From contig NC_043002.1 in the NCBI RefSeq assembly GCF_006345805.1, positions 107,570,001-107,634,000 of the forward strand: a stretch of 64,000 nt of DNA. Direction: 5' to 3'. The notes below the pieces were generated by a model. That model made no database searches and was not told the DNA's origin. It saw only the letters and a list, made by a program, of their open reading frames with translations. The stretch is from Octopus sinensis (lineage: Eukaryota). This document shows, piece after piece, positions 12,866 to 24,960 of the stretch; positions within the stretch are counted from its first letter, which is position 1; each line of letters starts with the position of its first letter. A program made the position numbers and the translations under genes.

Positions 12866-13243
12866 TGCTGCGACTGTCTAAGCGATTGTTTGTTACGTGA
12901 TGTTCGCCTGATTGTTTACTGTGAAGCTTAACAAGTTTCTGGAGAAGAGACAAGAGTAAAAGAGAAGAATGAAAGGTAAATAGTTGGCGTATTTCAGGTG
13001 TGAAGCATCACCGCAATAATGCGTGTGTGTGTGTGTTGTGTGTGTGTGGCGACTCATCATGGTGACGTTGAGAAACAAAGGAGGCCAAGGCATTATGGGA
13101 CATTGCGAATAACTTCCGTTTAGTTCGTTTGTACGTATGTTTGTGTAGATGCATTGTATATATGCACACACACAAAATACATTAGTATAAATGTAGCTCT
13201 ATCTAACTATATATATATATATGTGTATGTGTGTATGCGTGTA

Positions 13244-13283
<40 letters not shown>

Positions 13284-13339
13284 TATTTATATATATATGT
13301 ATTTATATATATATTATATTATATTATATAATATATATA

Positions 13340-13380
<41 letters not shown>

Positions 13381-13498
13381 TATGTATATTTATATATATA
13401 TGTATTTATATATATATCCATACATATATATATTATATATATAATATATAATATATTATATATATATGTATATTTATATTATATAATATTATTTATTT

Positions 13499-14719
13499 AA
13501 GGCCTTCGACAGGGTCGATCACAAGATCCTATTGAAAAAACTATCCAACATTGGTGTCTCTGGAAAGTTACTGAAATGGATCAAGTGTTTCCTGACAGAC
13601 AGATCTCAACATGTTGTAGTTGAAGGGGTAAAATCAAGCCAGCCAAAGTCATAGTGGCGTTCCGCAAGGCACTGTGCTGGGCCCACTTCTTTTCATCATT
13701 TACATTAATGACATTAATGACATCATCAAGCACAGCAACATAAAAATCTTTGCAGATGACTCCAAGCTACAGAAGGTCATAATGAGGCGAGTGACCGACA
13801 TGCCTTCAGTCAGATCTACTGGCTGTTATCCCAATGGGCAGAAAAAAAACAATATGCTGCTGAACGAGGATAAATTTGAGTTAATCCACTTGGAAAAGAG
13901 GATGCCCTGAAACTCTCATACTCCCTTCCTTCAGGTGAAACTCTCGCGGCGTCCAACAACATCAGAGACTTGGGAGTAATTGTGGACAACACACATAAGC
14001 TGGGCCACTCATATAACACCAAAGTTGACATGGCCCGCAGATGTGTTCCTGGATTCTCAGAACTTTCCAGTCGTGAGATATCCACACCATTATCCTTCTC
14101 TCTCTCACTTTTGCCCGACCCCACCTTGAATACTGTTGTCCACTGTGGTCTCCCCACACAATACAAGGTATCATAAAAGTTGAAGCACCTCAAAGGGCAA
14201 TCACAAAAAGATAGATGGCATGACAGGCCTCGACTATTGGGGTCGACTAGAAAAGCTAAAACTCTATTCTCTCCAACGTCGTCGTGAGCGCTACATCATC
14301 TGCATGATGTGGAAAAATTCCATCAGCATTGCCCAAATGATGTTGGCATCACCTTTAAGGTACATCCAAGGCTTGGGCCCCGTGCCATCCGCCCAAAACA
14401 AAAATCGCACTCTCATCTCATAACAACAATACGGCACAATTATTTCACCTCAATTGGCCCCGCTCTCTTTAACATTACACCAAAACACATTAAAACAGAA
14501 ACTGACCCTATAGGGTTCAAGAAGTCTTTGGACAGATTCCTTCAAGAAATCCCGGATAAACCCCCTACACCCGGATATTCTCTGTAAACAATAACTCTCT
14601 ACTTGAGTGGGCCATAGTGCCCAAATTCTGACTTGAAGACTTCACCAGGTGGTGCTATTAAGTTAGACATGGCCGGGCCAATAATGGCCGAAACCTATCA
14701 AAGTATCAAAGTATCAAAG

Positions 14720-14721
<2 letters not shown>
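13499..14721 (+). mobile_element. 5'-truncated CR1-type LINE (RT C-terminal half, frameshifted)
   Basis: KAFDRVDHKILL..., GVPQGTVLGPLLFIIYIND, IFADDSKL, LYSLQRRRERY motifs; 3' tail (TATCAAAG)x3 at ~14696-14721. Confidence 0.9.
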
Positions 14722-14769
<48 letters not shown>

Positions 14770-14775
14770 TTATAT

Positions 14776-14828
<53 letters not shown>

Positions 14829-14984
14829 TTTTATATATATATATATATACCACACTATATATATATACACACACACATACGGACACGTACATACTCACTT
14901 ACACACTTATGGCGGGAGATGAGTGTCTTTTCAGCGAAAACTATCACAAACTTTATCTGCAGCAGCAGTAGTAGTATTAGTAGA

Positions 14985-14985
14985 G

Positions 14986-15031
<46 letters not shown>

Positions 15032-15072
15032 CAGCAGCAGCAGCAGCAGCAGTAGCAGTAGTAGTAGTAGTA
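14985..15072. repeat. (TAG)n/(CAG)n microsatellite
   Basis: Direct reading. Confidence 0.9.
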
Positions 15073-15171
15073 TGCTATGCTCGAAACTCTGTACTCAATC
15101 TCTTTCGTGTATATATGTGCATGTCTGTGTGTGTATGTGTTTTCGCAAGCGCGCGTATGTGCACATGTTTA

Positions 15172-15244
<73 letters not shown>

Positions 15245-15580
15245 CATATGAAGGCACAGGACGCCCTGAATCGTGTACGACGAAAAATTACAAAGCACGA
15301 GCACATGGAACATGAACGATTCTTTTGAAGAACGAAAGACACCAATGGAAAACAAAACAAACATCATCAAGAAGGACCCTTCATCAGTCGTTGGCTGTTT
15401 TTCTAGTCTCGTATTTCGAGCATTTAACAACAATATATGCTTTCGATAAAACAGTTGCTCCTGCAAAGCAAATTAAATAAAATTTGGGATTTTGCGGAGG
15501 GTCACAATAGGTGACACAAACAGGGCAGTGAAAACAAACAGGAAGGGCTGCTAAGCCTAAACGAGGTTGTGGTAACAATA
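15245..15580 (-). repeat. Distant relative of element X
   Basis: Minus strand accctccgcaaaat...tttgctttgcagga...ctcgaaa...cgactgatgaaggg...gtcctgtg aligns by eye with the X unit. Confidence 0.55.
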
Positions 15581-15632
15581 TATATATATATAAAATATTA
15601 GAAAAAACCCCACCTTTTATCAATTCAAAATG

Positions 15633-16084
15633 AATCCAAACTTACAAGGAAAAAGAATTCAATTCAGAAATACTAAATCAAATTCCACACAAAATAATAT
15701 ATATATAAAATATTAGAAAAAAGCCACCTTTTATCAATTCAAAATGAATAATTAAATTACACCATCTAGAAAATTACATATATTAGAAATATTAAAATTA
15801 AAATAACAATAGAAAGTAAAGATTAAGTAAATTACAAAAATAATATAATGTATATAATAGGTAAATAATTATATTATTTTGGTAATTTACTTAATCTTTA
15901 CTTTTTATTGTTATTTCAATTTTAACTTTTCTATTATATGTAATTTTCTAGATGGTGTAATTAAATTATTCATTTTGAATTGATAAAAGGTGGGGATTTT
16001 TCTAATATTTTCTATATATATTATATTGTGTGGAATTTGATTTAGTATTTCTAATTGAATTCTTTTTCCTTGTAAGTTTGGATT
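15633..16084. repeat. Long AT-rich palindrome (~215-bp arms, ~18-nt spacer)
   Basis: 15633-15849 is a near-perfect reverse complement of 15868-16084 (e.g. atccaaacttacaaggaaaaagaattc / gaattctttttccttgtaagtttggat). Confidence 0.9.
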
Positions 16085-16134
16085 TTATTCCCTCAAATAA
16101 TAATTATTATATAATATACATATTATATATATAC

Positions 16135-16194
<60 letters not shown>

Positions 16195-16220
16195 CATATC
16201 ATTATATATATATATTATAT

Positions 16221-18180
16221 AACGGGAAGCTTGTACTGAAAATAGACAAAAGACGAAGGCAGGTGGAAAACAAACAAACAATTGTATTAGTATGGCGCCC
16301 TCAGGAAATATAAATAAAACAAGTTTTTAACGTTTCGAGCCTACGCTCTTAACAGAAAGATACACAGAGAGAAAAAAAACACAGAAAGAAGGAGAGAAAA
16401 AAATGCGTGCAGTAACTAACGGATCAACATGGCGATCTGATTTCGGCCAGAAGTCAAAGATCAACATGAGACGCGAGAGCGAAATTAGGGGAGAGAATAG
16501 TGGTTGAGAGGACCAGCTCCAACATAAGGGTGTGGTGGTTTGTGTGTGTGTATGAGAGAGTTTATGTAGTGCGTATGAGAGGTCTGGACGTGTGTATGTA
16601 TAGGTTGGTGTATGTAATTAGTATGTATTAGTATGTATTAGTATGTATTAGTTGGTGTATGTATTAGTATGGCACATCATTATATGATGTTGATGTGTAA
16701 AGTCGTGTGGTGTAGTGTGGAGAGAGGAGAAGAGGGGGGAGGGGAGGGGAGGGGGAGGGAGGGGAGAAGGAAGGAGAGGAGGAGGGGAGGAGGAAGGAGG
16801 AAAGAGGGAGAGGGGGAAAGAGAAGGGGTGTGAGGGAGCAGAGGGAAGGGGAAGAGGGAAGGAGGGAGGGAGAAAGAGGGAGAAGGGAAGGGGACGGAGT
16901 AGGGGTGAAGGATTAAGGACTGAAGAAGTAGGGGTCGGGGGGAAAGGATGTGAGGAGGGGAGAGGGGGGGTTAGATGAGGAGGGGGGAGAGTTGAGACCA
17001 AATGGCGTATAAGAGCGAGAGAGAAGATTAATTCCTGTTCACGGCGCAAACGGGAATCCGGATGGCCTCTGTGTAAGGACAAACCGAACACAGATAGGTG
17101 TTGCAAGGAGTGACCGGTGGAGCGGAAATGGCGAGGAGACCGGTGTGTCATTCGCAAGGTGGATGTCACGAAGGTGTTCCGCGAACCGGTCAGCCAAGCG
17201 GCGTCCCGTTTGTCCGATGTACAAGGAATGGCAGAGAGAGCAAGAGACGCAATAGAAATATTGCTGGAGGTGCAGGTGAAGGAGTGGTGATGGGATAGGG
17301 TCGATGATGGGTGCTAGTGAGGAGGGTTGTGTTGTGGAGAGGTAAGGGCAAGTGCGGCAACGTGGGCGGGAGCAGGGAACGAGCCGGGTTGGAAGGTAGG
17401 GTCAGGGAAGGAGCTATGGACCAAAAGGTCTCGAAGGTTGTGGGCTCGTTTGAAAGAGGGGAGGGGTCGGTTATCGGTTAGGGAAGAGGTGTGAAGTGGA
17501 CGGGTCGGACTGGAGATGACGAAAGCTCGAAGAATGGTGCGTTGGAGAGGTAGGGTCGTGGGGTGGTAAGTGAGGGGAAAAGGGAGGCGGGAGACTACAG
17601 GGCGGGTTCGGGGAGAGAGAGCAGATACACGGTCCACGGACCGTGCTCTGGCAAGGGCGGTGTGGATAGTGGTGAGGGGGTATCCACGTAGGGTGAAGTG
17701 GTGAGCCATACGTTGAAACTGAGTCTCAAAGTCATGGTCGTCACTACAGAGCCTACGTAGACGGAGGAATTGGGAATAGGGGATGGAAAGCTTGGTGTGT
17801 TCTGGGTGGGAGGAAGAGAAGTTGAGGTATGAGTGTGAGTCTGTGTGTTTGTAGTGAATGGAGGTGGTAAGAGTGGAGTGAAGAATGCTAACCGAAATGT
17901 CGAGGAAGGAGACAGAGGTGTTGGAGATAGTGGAAGTGAAGTGGAGGGCTGGATGGAAAGATTGGACAAAAGAGAGGAAGGAATCTAGATGTTCACGGGA
18001 GAGTGAGGTGGCACCGATAATGTCGTCAATGTAACGACCATATAGTTCAGGAGTGGGACCAGTGAAATTAGAGAATATTTGGGCCTCAACATAGCCAACG
18101 AACAGGTTCGCATAGTTGGGGCCCATTCGCGTTCCCATTGCCACTCCCGAGACCTAATGGTAGAACTCGCCCGCGAACGA
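16221..18180 (-). mobile_element. Penelope-like retroelement (Neptune-like), 5'-truncated
   Basis: ORF 17314-18144 has AMGTRMGPNYANLF, RYIDD, FLD, YKxTDSH and SSHP motifs; ORF 17039-17224 has GIY-YIG-type YIGQTGRRLADRFAEH; terminal repeat ~16221-16460; both ends in (TA)n. Confidence 0.92.
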
Positions 18181-18346
18181 GATATATATATATATATATC
18201 TATATATATATATATACAAACATACATAAATATATACATACATATATACAAACTTGTAATCATTCATAAATCTTTTTAATGTGAAAAATTATTTTGCTAT
18301 TTGGAGACAAATGAATATTCACTATGTTAATATTTGGTCAGAAAAG

Positions 18347-18737
18347 AAGGCGGCGAGCTGGCAGAAACGTTAGCACGCCGGGCGAAATGCTTAGCGGTAT
18401 TTCGGCTGCGTTACGTTGTGAGTTCAAATTCCACCGAGGTCGACTTTGCCTTTCATCCTTTCGGGGTCGATAAATTAAGTACCAGTTACGCACTGGGGTC
18501 GATGTAATCGACTTAATACCTATGTCTGTCCTTGTTTGTCCCCTCTGTGTTTAGCCCCTTGTGGGTAATAAAGAAATAGGTATTTCGGCTGCCGTTACGC
18601 TCTGAGCTCAAATTCCGCCGAGGTCGACTTTGCTTTTCATCCTTTCGGGGTCGATAAATTAAGTACTAGTTATGCACTAGGGTCGATGTAATCGACTGGC
18701 CAAAAGTTTCGGGCCTTGTGTTTAGAGTAGAAATGAA
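18347..18737 (+). mobile_element. SINE family A, dimeric, with probable TSD
   Basis: Head, then two body units joined at ggtatttcgg; flanks tttggtcagaaaag / tctggccagaaaag. Confidence 0.9.
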
Positions 18738-19084
18738 TATCTGGCCAGAAAAGAGAAAAGGAAAATCGTTCCAAATCCATCCTCGAGTAACGACGTTTAA
18801 GTCGACGATGAAGAAATAGAGATGACAGCGTTACTTAGCCTTACGGCAACCTTATTGAGACAGACGATAATGGCTGGCGTTGCCAAAATTGAAGTTGATA
18901 ATATCGAATTTTAAGGGGTGAACGCTGCAAATGCAAAAAGTAACTATTCTGAGAAGAAAATATTTCAATAAAACTCGAAGAACAAAAACAATTATTAAAT
19001 TAAACAGGAGCTACAAACCTTTTACCGGCTCAACATTGTTGAACGATCATTTCTTCACAATTGGCTAAAATTTTCTGTTTGTTC

Positions 19085-19420
19085 ATCCATCCATTTTTAC
19101 TGCCCTCTGTCCCTGGGAAGATCGTGGGTGCAGCCCGAGACAGTTGGTACATAAAGCCCTATCAGAAGCACCACTTATTAGACATACCAGCAGAATTCCC
19201 AAGCGTGACCAACTAAGACTATGGATGTTATCCAACCATCCTCGTTCTTCGTCTACCTCTAGGTCTCCTGCCGGTTGGCACGGCTTGAAGAATCTGTCTT
19301 GTGATTCTTATCACGAGTCTGTCGTACTGGCTGTAATGGCAATTCTAGCATTCAATCCAATCTCCTGTCCTTCAGTATTGTTCATACGACGCCGAGATAC
19401 AGCCTCCACTTCCACATATA
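19085..19420 (-). mobile_element. RTE-type LINE 3' fragment (degenerate)
   Basis: Minus strand reads GRRPRGRRRT followed by a frameshift into WLDNI; short (GATG)n tail. Confidence 0.5.
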
Positions 19421-19489
19421 TCTACACACACACACACACACATATTATATAGGTACATGAGTGACTGTGTGGTAAGTAGCTTGCTTACC

Positions 19490-21442
19490 TTTGTCGTAGA
19501 CAGACGTTTGTTTTTGGCGGTGAGTCAAACGTTTTGTTGCACGTGGATAATTTTTCTATTGTTGAATGTTTATTGTTGAATATTTTCGTGAATTTTGAAA
19601 ATTTTTGTGCTTTTTTCCGGTGACGGGAGAAAGTAATTGTTGAAATATTGAAATTATTATTAATATTGAACTTATTAAAGCCGTTGTAGGCCTTATTGTC
19701 GTGCACCCCCCCTCCAGCGGGGGTGGCATTTGGACTGTTATCCTCATTAAGAGGAAAAACATATGTTTCCCGTTTTTTGGGATAAGCAATTTATTATTGC
19801 GGAAAAATTAAATTTTAGCCGTTGTAGGCTCTATTGTGGCATACACCACTAGCGTGGGCGAGATTTGAACTGTTGTCCTCGTTGTGAGGGGAAAAAAATA
19901 TTATAGATTTCCCGTTTTGTTTTTTGATTCTATATTTTATTGTAAAAAAAAAATCAATTTCGAATGTTGTAGGCTTTGTTGCTACGTCTCGCCCCCCCCC
20001 CAGCAGGGGTGGGATTTGAACTGTTGTCCTCGTTAAGAGAAAAAAAGTGAAAAAATTATAGGTTTCCCTTTTTCTGGGATTAAATTATGTATCATTTATT
20101 TCGAACGAATATGTCGGTCGAAATAATCCAAGAAACGAATCAGCTGCATGAGCCAGCAAAAAAGTTCGCGGCAGTTGCCGCTGTGTCTTCAAAATATATT
20201 ATAATTGAAACGGAGAAGCTCTCCGAGCTTTTTGAGAGAATGAAAGAGGAGGGTGGGGATATAAAGATCTCACCCTCCCCTAGTGAAAATGTGAAGAGAA
20301 GGACAGTCGTTTACAAAACGTACAGTCCTTCATCGAAGAAATTCAAGCACTTCGAAAAGTGCGAAATAGAAAAATGCCTGGCCCCTATATGGAAAGATAT
20401 AAAATACATAACGAGGGGCCGGTCATATGGAACAATAGAGGCCAGATTTGAGACGGCCGAAAAAGCCCAAGTGCACTCAGTGAGTGCTCTGAAAAGGAAG
20501 GAGGTGGTGCTGCTCCCAACATACATGGGAAGGAGAACAGCACGCGTCCGAATAAACGATGTACCACCAGAAATTGAGGCAAGGGAGGTGATGGCCGCCC
20601 TGTTGTATAACAGGACGGACAAAATCACCTTCCTCCAAATTACATGCACTGCCCCACAAAATTGGCAAGGGCAGAGCATCTCTGCGATTATTCAAGGAAC
20701 GCCACAAGACATCGAAATGTTGCCAGAAAAAGTGCTCTTGGGGGAAGATATTGCCCTCAAGATTCAAGTAGAGGGCAAAAAGCCCACGTGTTTCGAATGT
20801 GGCAAAAAAGGCCACATTCGCGTAGAATGTGAAATGTGAAAAAAAAAGAAAATAAGTGCGCAGACATCAGACCCTTCAACTACAGAAAAAGACCCCAAAC
20901 CCGCACACAAGTTAGTCCCCACAGAAACAAATACTTCCACCCCACCATCTGTAGCACCCCAAAACCCCAGGCCATGCACACACCGGTCCTGACAGAAAGA
21001 ACTGCACCCACCCCCTCTGAAGTAACATCTCCTCTGGAAGACACCATGGAGGTGACTGAGGGGGAGTTCAAGACACCCAGAAAAAAGAGAACACATGCAC
21101 CTTCCCCATCCATATCCACCACAGAAAAAAAGATCCCGCCCCACTGTCCCAGAAGAGAAAATAAAAAAGAACAAAGACGGAACAAAAACCCTGGTAAAGT
21201 TTGATACCAGGGATTATATTATGGACATTTTTAAAAAGCTGTTGCAGCAGCCCGAAAGCACGGAAGAGAGATGTGCGTGGATATCAGAAAAATTGTATAA
21301 TGAAATGAAGGGTAGGCATCCGAGGACCATCACGAACATCCCGGACCTTCCGCGGTATTTTAAGGAGTTTTTGAAGGAGCAGGAGGAAAAGATTGCCTCA
21401 TGTGTGGTGAGGTCATTATTATTTGTGATTCTAAAGAGAATT
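19490..21442 (+). mobile_element. Tx1/L1-like element with tandem-monomer 5' region and ORF1 only
   Basis: Three ~140-bp monomers (starting ~19683, 19821, 19966), gag-like ORF1 from 20087, then a 27-bp motif shared with the inverted fragment at 21741; no EN/RT motifs. Confidence 0.6.
20087..21410 (+). pseudogene. ORF1-like nucleic-acid-binding protein with CCHC zinc knuckle; open for 250 aa, then nonsense and frameshifts
   Basis: CFECGKKGHIRVEC (CX2CX4HX4C) at ~20789-20830; RRM-like segment ITRGRSYGTIEARF...PTYMGRRTARVRINDVPPEI; S/T/P-rich sequence continues in frame past the TGA at 20837 and then in shifted frames to ~21410. Confidence 0.7.
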
Positions 21443-21740
21443 ACTAGGCTTACAAAGAATAAGTCCTGGGGTCGACTCGTTCGACTAAAACGTGGTGCTC
21501 CAGCATGGCCCCCGTCAGATGACTGAAACAAGTAAAAAAAAATATAAGAATAAAAGAATAAACGGAATGGTCACAAATGGAAGGCTTTTGGTGATACGCT
21601 GACTGATCCAAATAGATGGAAACAAAAACAATACAATATCAACAACAACGGCAACAATAAAAACAATAAAAACTATCAATAACAACAGCAGCAGCAGCAG
21701 CCCTCCATCCACCAACAACAGCAACAACAACAACAACACT

Positions 21741-22140
21741 AATTCTCCTTAGAATCACAAATAATAAGGAGCGCACGTGCTGGTCAGCTGCCCTTTTCAA
21801 AACCAGTAGATTGTCCACAATCCACAATGACCGGAAATGGTTTGTTTATTGAATTAAAGAAATATACGAACAATGCATGCACGCCACCACACCCCACAAC
21901 ATCATACCCTGCCTTCCCGATCCTGATCCACCCCGTCATAACAAGCAAAGGAAATAAATAAGGGTAAACAAAAACAAACTTAGCAAAAAAAAGAACAGAA
22001 TGAAAAAAAAAAAGTGAATCGTTGATGAAAGCGAAAAAACAAAACATTGAAAGTTGTTTCAATTAAAAGCGAATGATTTCGTGGGTGGCTTTGTTCAGTG
22101 AACCGGAAGAGTGAAGACACTTGGGACAAAATAGGTCTGT
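21741..22140 (-). mobile_element. Probable 3'-terminal fragment of a related retroelement, inverted
   Basis: Its minus-strand end ttattatttgtgattctaaggagaatt matches 21416-21442 at 26/27 nt; T-rich UTR-like body. Confidence 0.4.
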
Positions 22141-23305
22141 ATACATACATACATACATACATACATACATGCATGCATGCATGCATGCATACATACATAC
22201 ATACATACATACATACATGCATGCATGCATGCATGCATACATACATACATACATACATACATACATACATACATACATACTACATGCATGCATGCATGCA
22301 TGCATACATACATACATACATACATACATACATACATACATCATACATACATACATGCATGCATGCATACATACATACATACATACATACATACATACAT
22401 ACATACATACATCATGCATGCATGCATCATACATACATACATCCATACATACATACCATTCATACATACATACATACATAATACATGCATGCATGCATGC
22501 ATACATACATACATACATACATACATGCATGCATGCATGCATGCATACATACATACATACATACATACATACATACATACATGCATGCATGCATGCATGC
22601 ATGCATGCATGCATACATACATACATACATACATACATACATACATACATACATGCATGCATGCATACATACATACATACATACATACATACATACATAC
22701 ATAACATGCATACATACATACATACATACATACATACATACATACATACATGCATGCATGCATGCATACATACATACATACATACATACATACATACATA
22801 ACATGCATACATACATCATACATACATACATGCCATGCATGCATGCATACATACATACATACATACATACATACATGCATGCATGCATGCATACATACAT
22901 ACATACATACATACTACATACATACATGCATACATACATACATCATACTACATGCATACATAATACATACATACATGCATACATACATACATACATATAT
23001 ACATACATAAATACATACATACATACATACATAACATGCATACTACATAACAAACATGCAAACATACAATACAAATATCAATGCATACATACAACATACA
23101 TACATACATACCTACATACATACATGCATACATACATACATACATACATACATACATACATGCATACATACATACATACATACATGCATACATGCATACA
23201 TACATACATACATAAATACATACATACATACATACATACATACATAACATGCATACATACATACATACATACATACATACATACATACATACATACATAA
23301 ATACA
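22140..23305. repeat. ~1.16-kb mosaic (CATA)n/(CATG)n microsatellite
   Basis: Direct reading; source of the many MYVC/HTYI ORFs. Confidence 0.95.
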
Positions 23306-23978
23306 TGATGGCTGCCCCCTCGTAATCGAGTATGGCCATTGTACGAAGCCTAACTGTTATTGGTGCTGTGATCGAATGTGACTTTTATTTGCTTTTTAAG
23401 GCTACAGCCAGCCATTCAGTTGAGACTCACAGCACCATCAACATTCATGAACAATGTTGTTATCGTGCAATGCCTGTGCAAGAAAATTTTTCTAAAAGTG
23501 AGGAAGGCTGTGCACTTTCCAATCCCACTCACTAAGCAACAGCAGTCATAATCCGAAAAGAAGAACAAGTCAACATCATCGGTAACCACTGAGCCGCAGG
23601 TTTTATGTCGGAGTTATCCCAGTGACCTGAGTTACTTTTTGCTAGAAGGGTGCCCTAACAAAGGCTAGGAGTCCTTCACTCCCAATGGTTTAACCGCGCG
23701 ATCGGGTATTCAGTCCGATATTTCTATGTCCCCGCGCATGATACAGCCTTAAGCACTTAAGAAAAAAAAAATTACACTTTTATTGGATGGCCGTTGACTC
23801 TCAAGAGTTCCTCCGCCCTTTGACGGGTTTTATTTTTCATCCCGCAGAGTGTCCAATAACACCCTCCTCACCAAGCAAGCTTGGTGGCGTTGCCGGCCGG
23901 TTAGTCGCCGACGACCCGACCATGCAACAGGTTGTATTGGGTTACATGTCACCAGTAGCACTCGAAAGTGACCTGACA
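23306..23978 (-). mobile_element. Possible LINE (RTE-like) 5' UTR fragment embedded in (TATG)n
   Basis: GC-richer, structured 5' end with gtcgtcggcgactaa; no recognisable protein motif. Confidence 0.3.
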
Positions 23979-24107
23979 TAAACATACATACATACATACA
24001 TACATACATACATACATACATACATACATACATACATACGTACATACATACATACATACATACATACATACATACATACATACATACATACATACATACA
24101 TACATAC

Positions 24108-24877
24108 GTCTCATCATATCCCTTCGGCAACATCTTTTAACCACCGAGCGTCGAAGTACATCCCTTGATCAAGTTTGCATACATGAGGCTGATAACATCA
24201 TAAGACTTGGAAAGCAGATCCTCGAGGAACATTCTTTGATAACCTAGAATACATGTCACCCACACCATAAGCAGTTGTCCGAAAATGTCATCAAGGTATT
24301 ATCTATCGGTGAGACATAACGTTGTAGCGAGGACTCTTTATAATGAAATCCGTCGGAAGGATAATCCGGAGGACAAGGAAAAAAAATCCACAATATGATA
24401 GAAACCATAGCCACTCATAATGAAAAGGAATACTGGTGGAATGTACCAGTGAAGACCTCAATAAAATGTAAGCACAACAGACCTGATACAAGGATTTGGG
24501 ATGGAGAAGAGAAATTGTGCTCAGTTGTTCAGTTGTGGAATTTAGCTCCTCAGCGGATGTTAACATAAAGCTGAAGATCTGTGAAAAAGAGAACTATGCT
24601 GAACTATTGAGAAATCTGAAGTTACTCTATCCGGGTAATTACTGGGGCCCTGAGATATGTAAACCACTGCCTAAACATCAACCTTGAGAAATTAGGCTTC
24701 TCAAAGGCAGAAAGGGGAAAGCTAATTCGAAGACTATAGATCCAATCCATCACTGGAACTGTAAAAATCTGTAAAACTTTCTAGAAGTTTATCAGTAAAT
24801 ATATATGAGCATGTCTAGATATGCGACTATATGCATGAGAATGCCTACATAAAACAAAACGTACAAATCTGCACGTA
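24108..24877 (+). mobile_element. RLE-type (R4/Dong-like) LINE 3' fragment embedded in (CATA)n
   Basis: HTISSCPKMSSRYYLSVRHNVVA (zinc-knuckle end plus RHN motif), WWNVPVKTSIKCKHNRPD, VEFSSSADVNIKLKICEK, IIGAL; 3' UTR runs into (CATA)n. Confidence 0.8.
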
Positions 24878-24960
24878 TACATACATACATACATACATAC
24901 ATACATACATACATACATACATACATACATACATACATACATACATACACACACACATAC

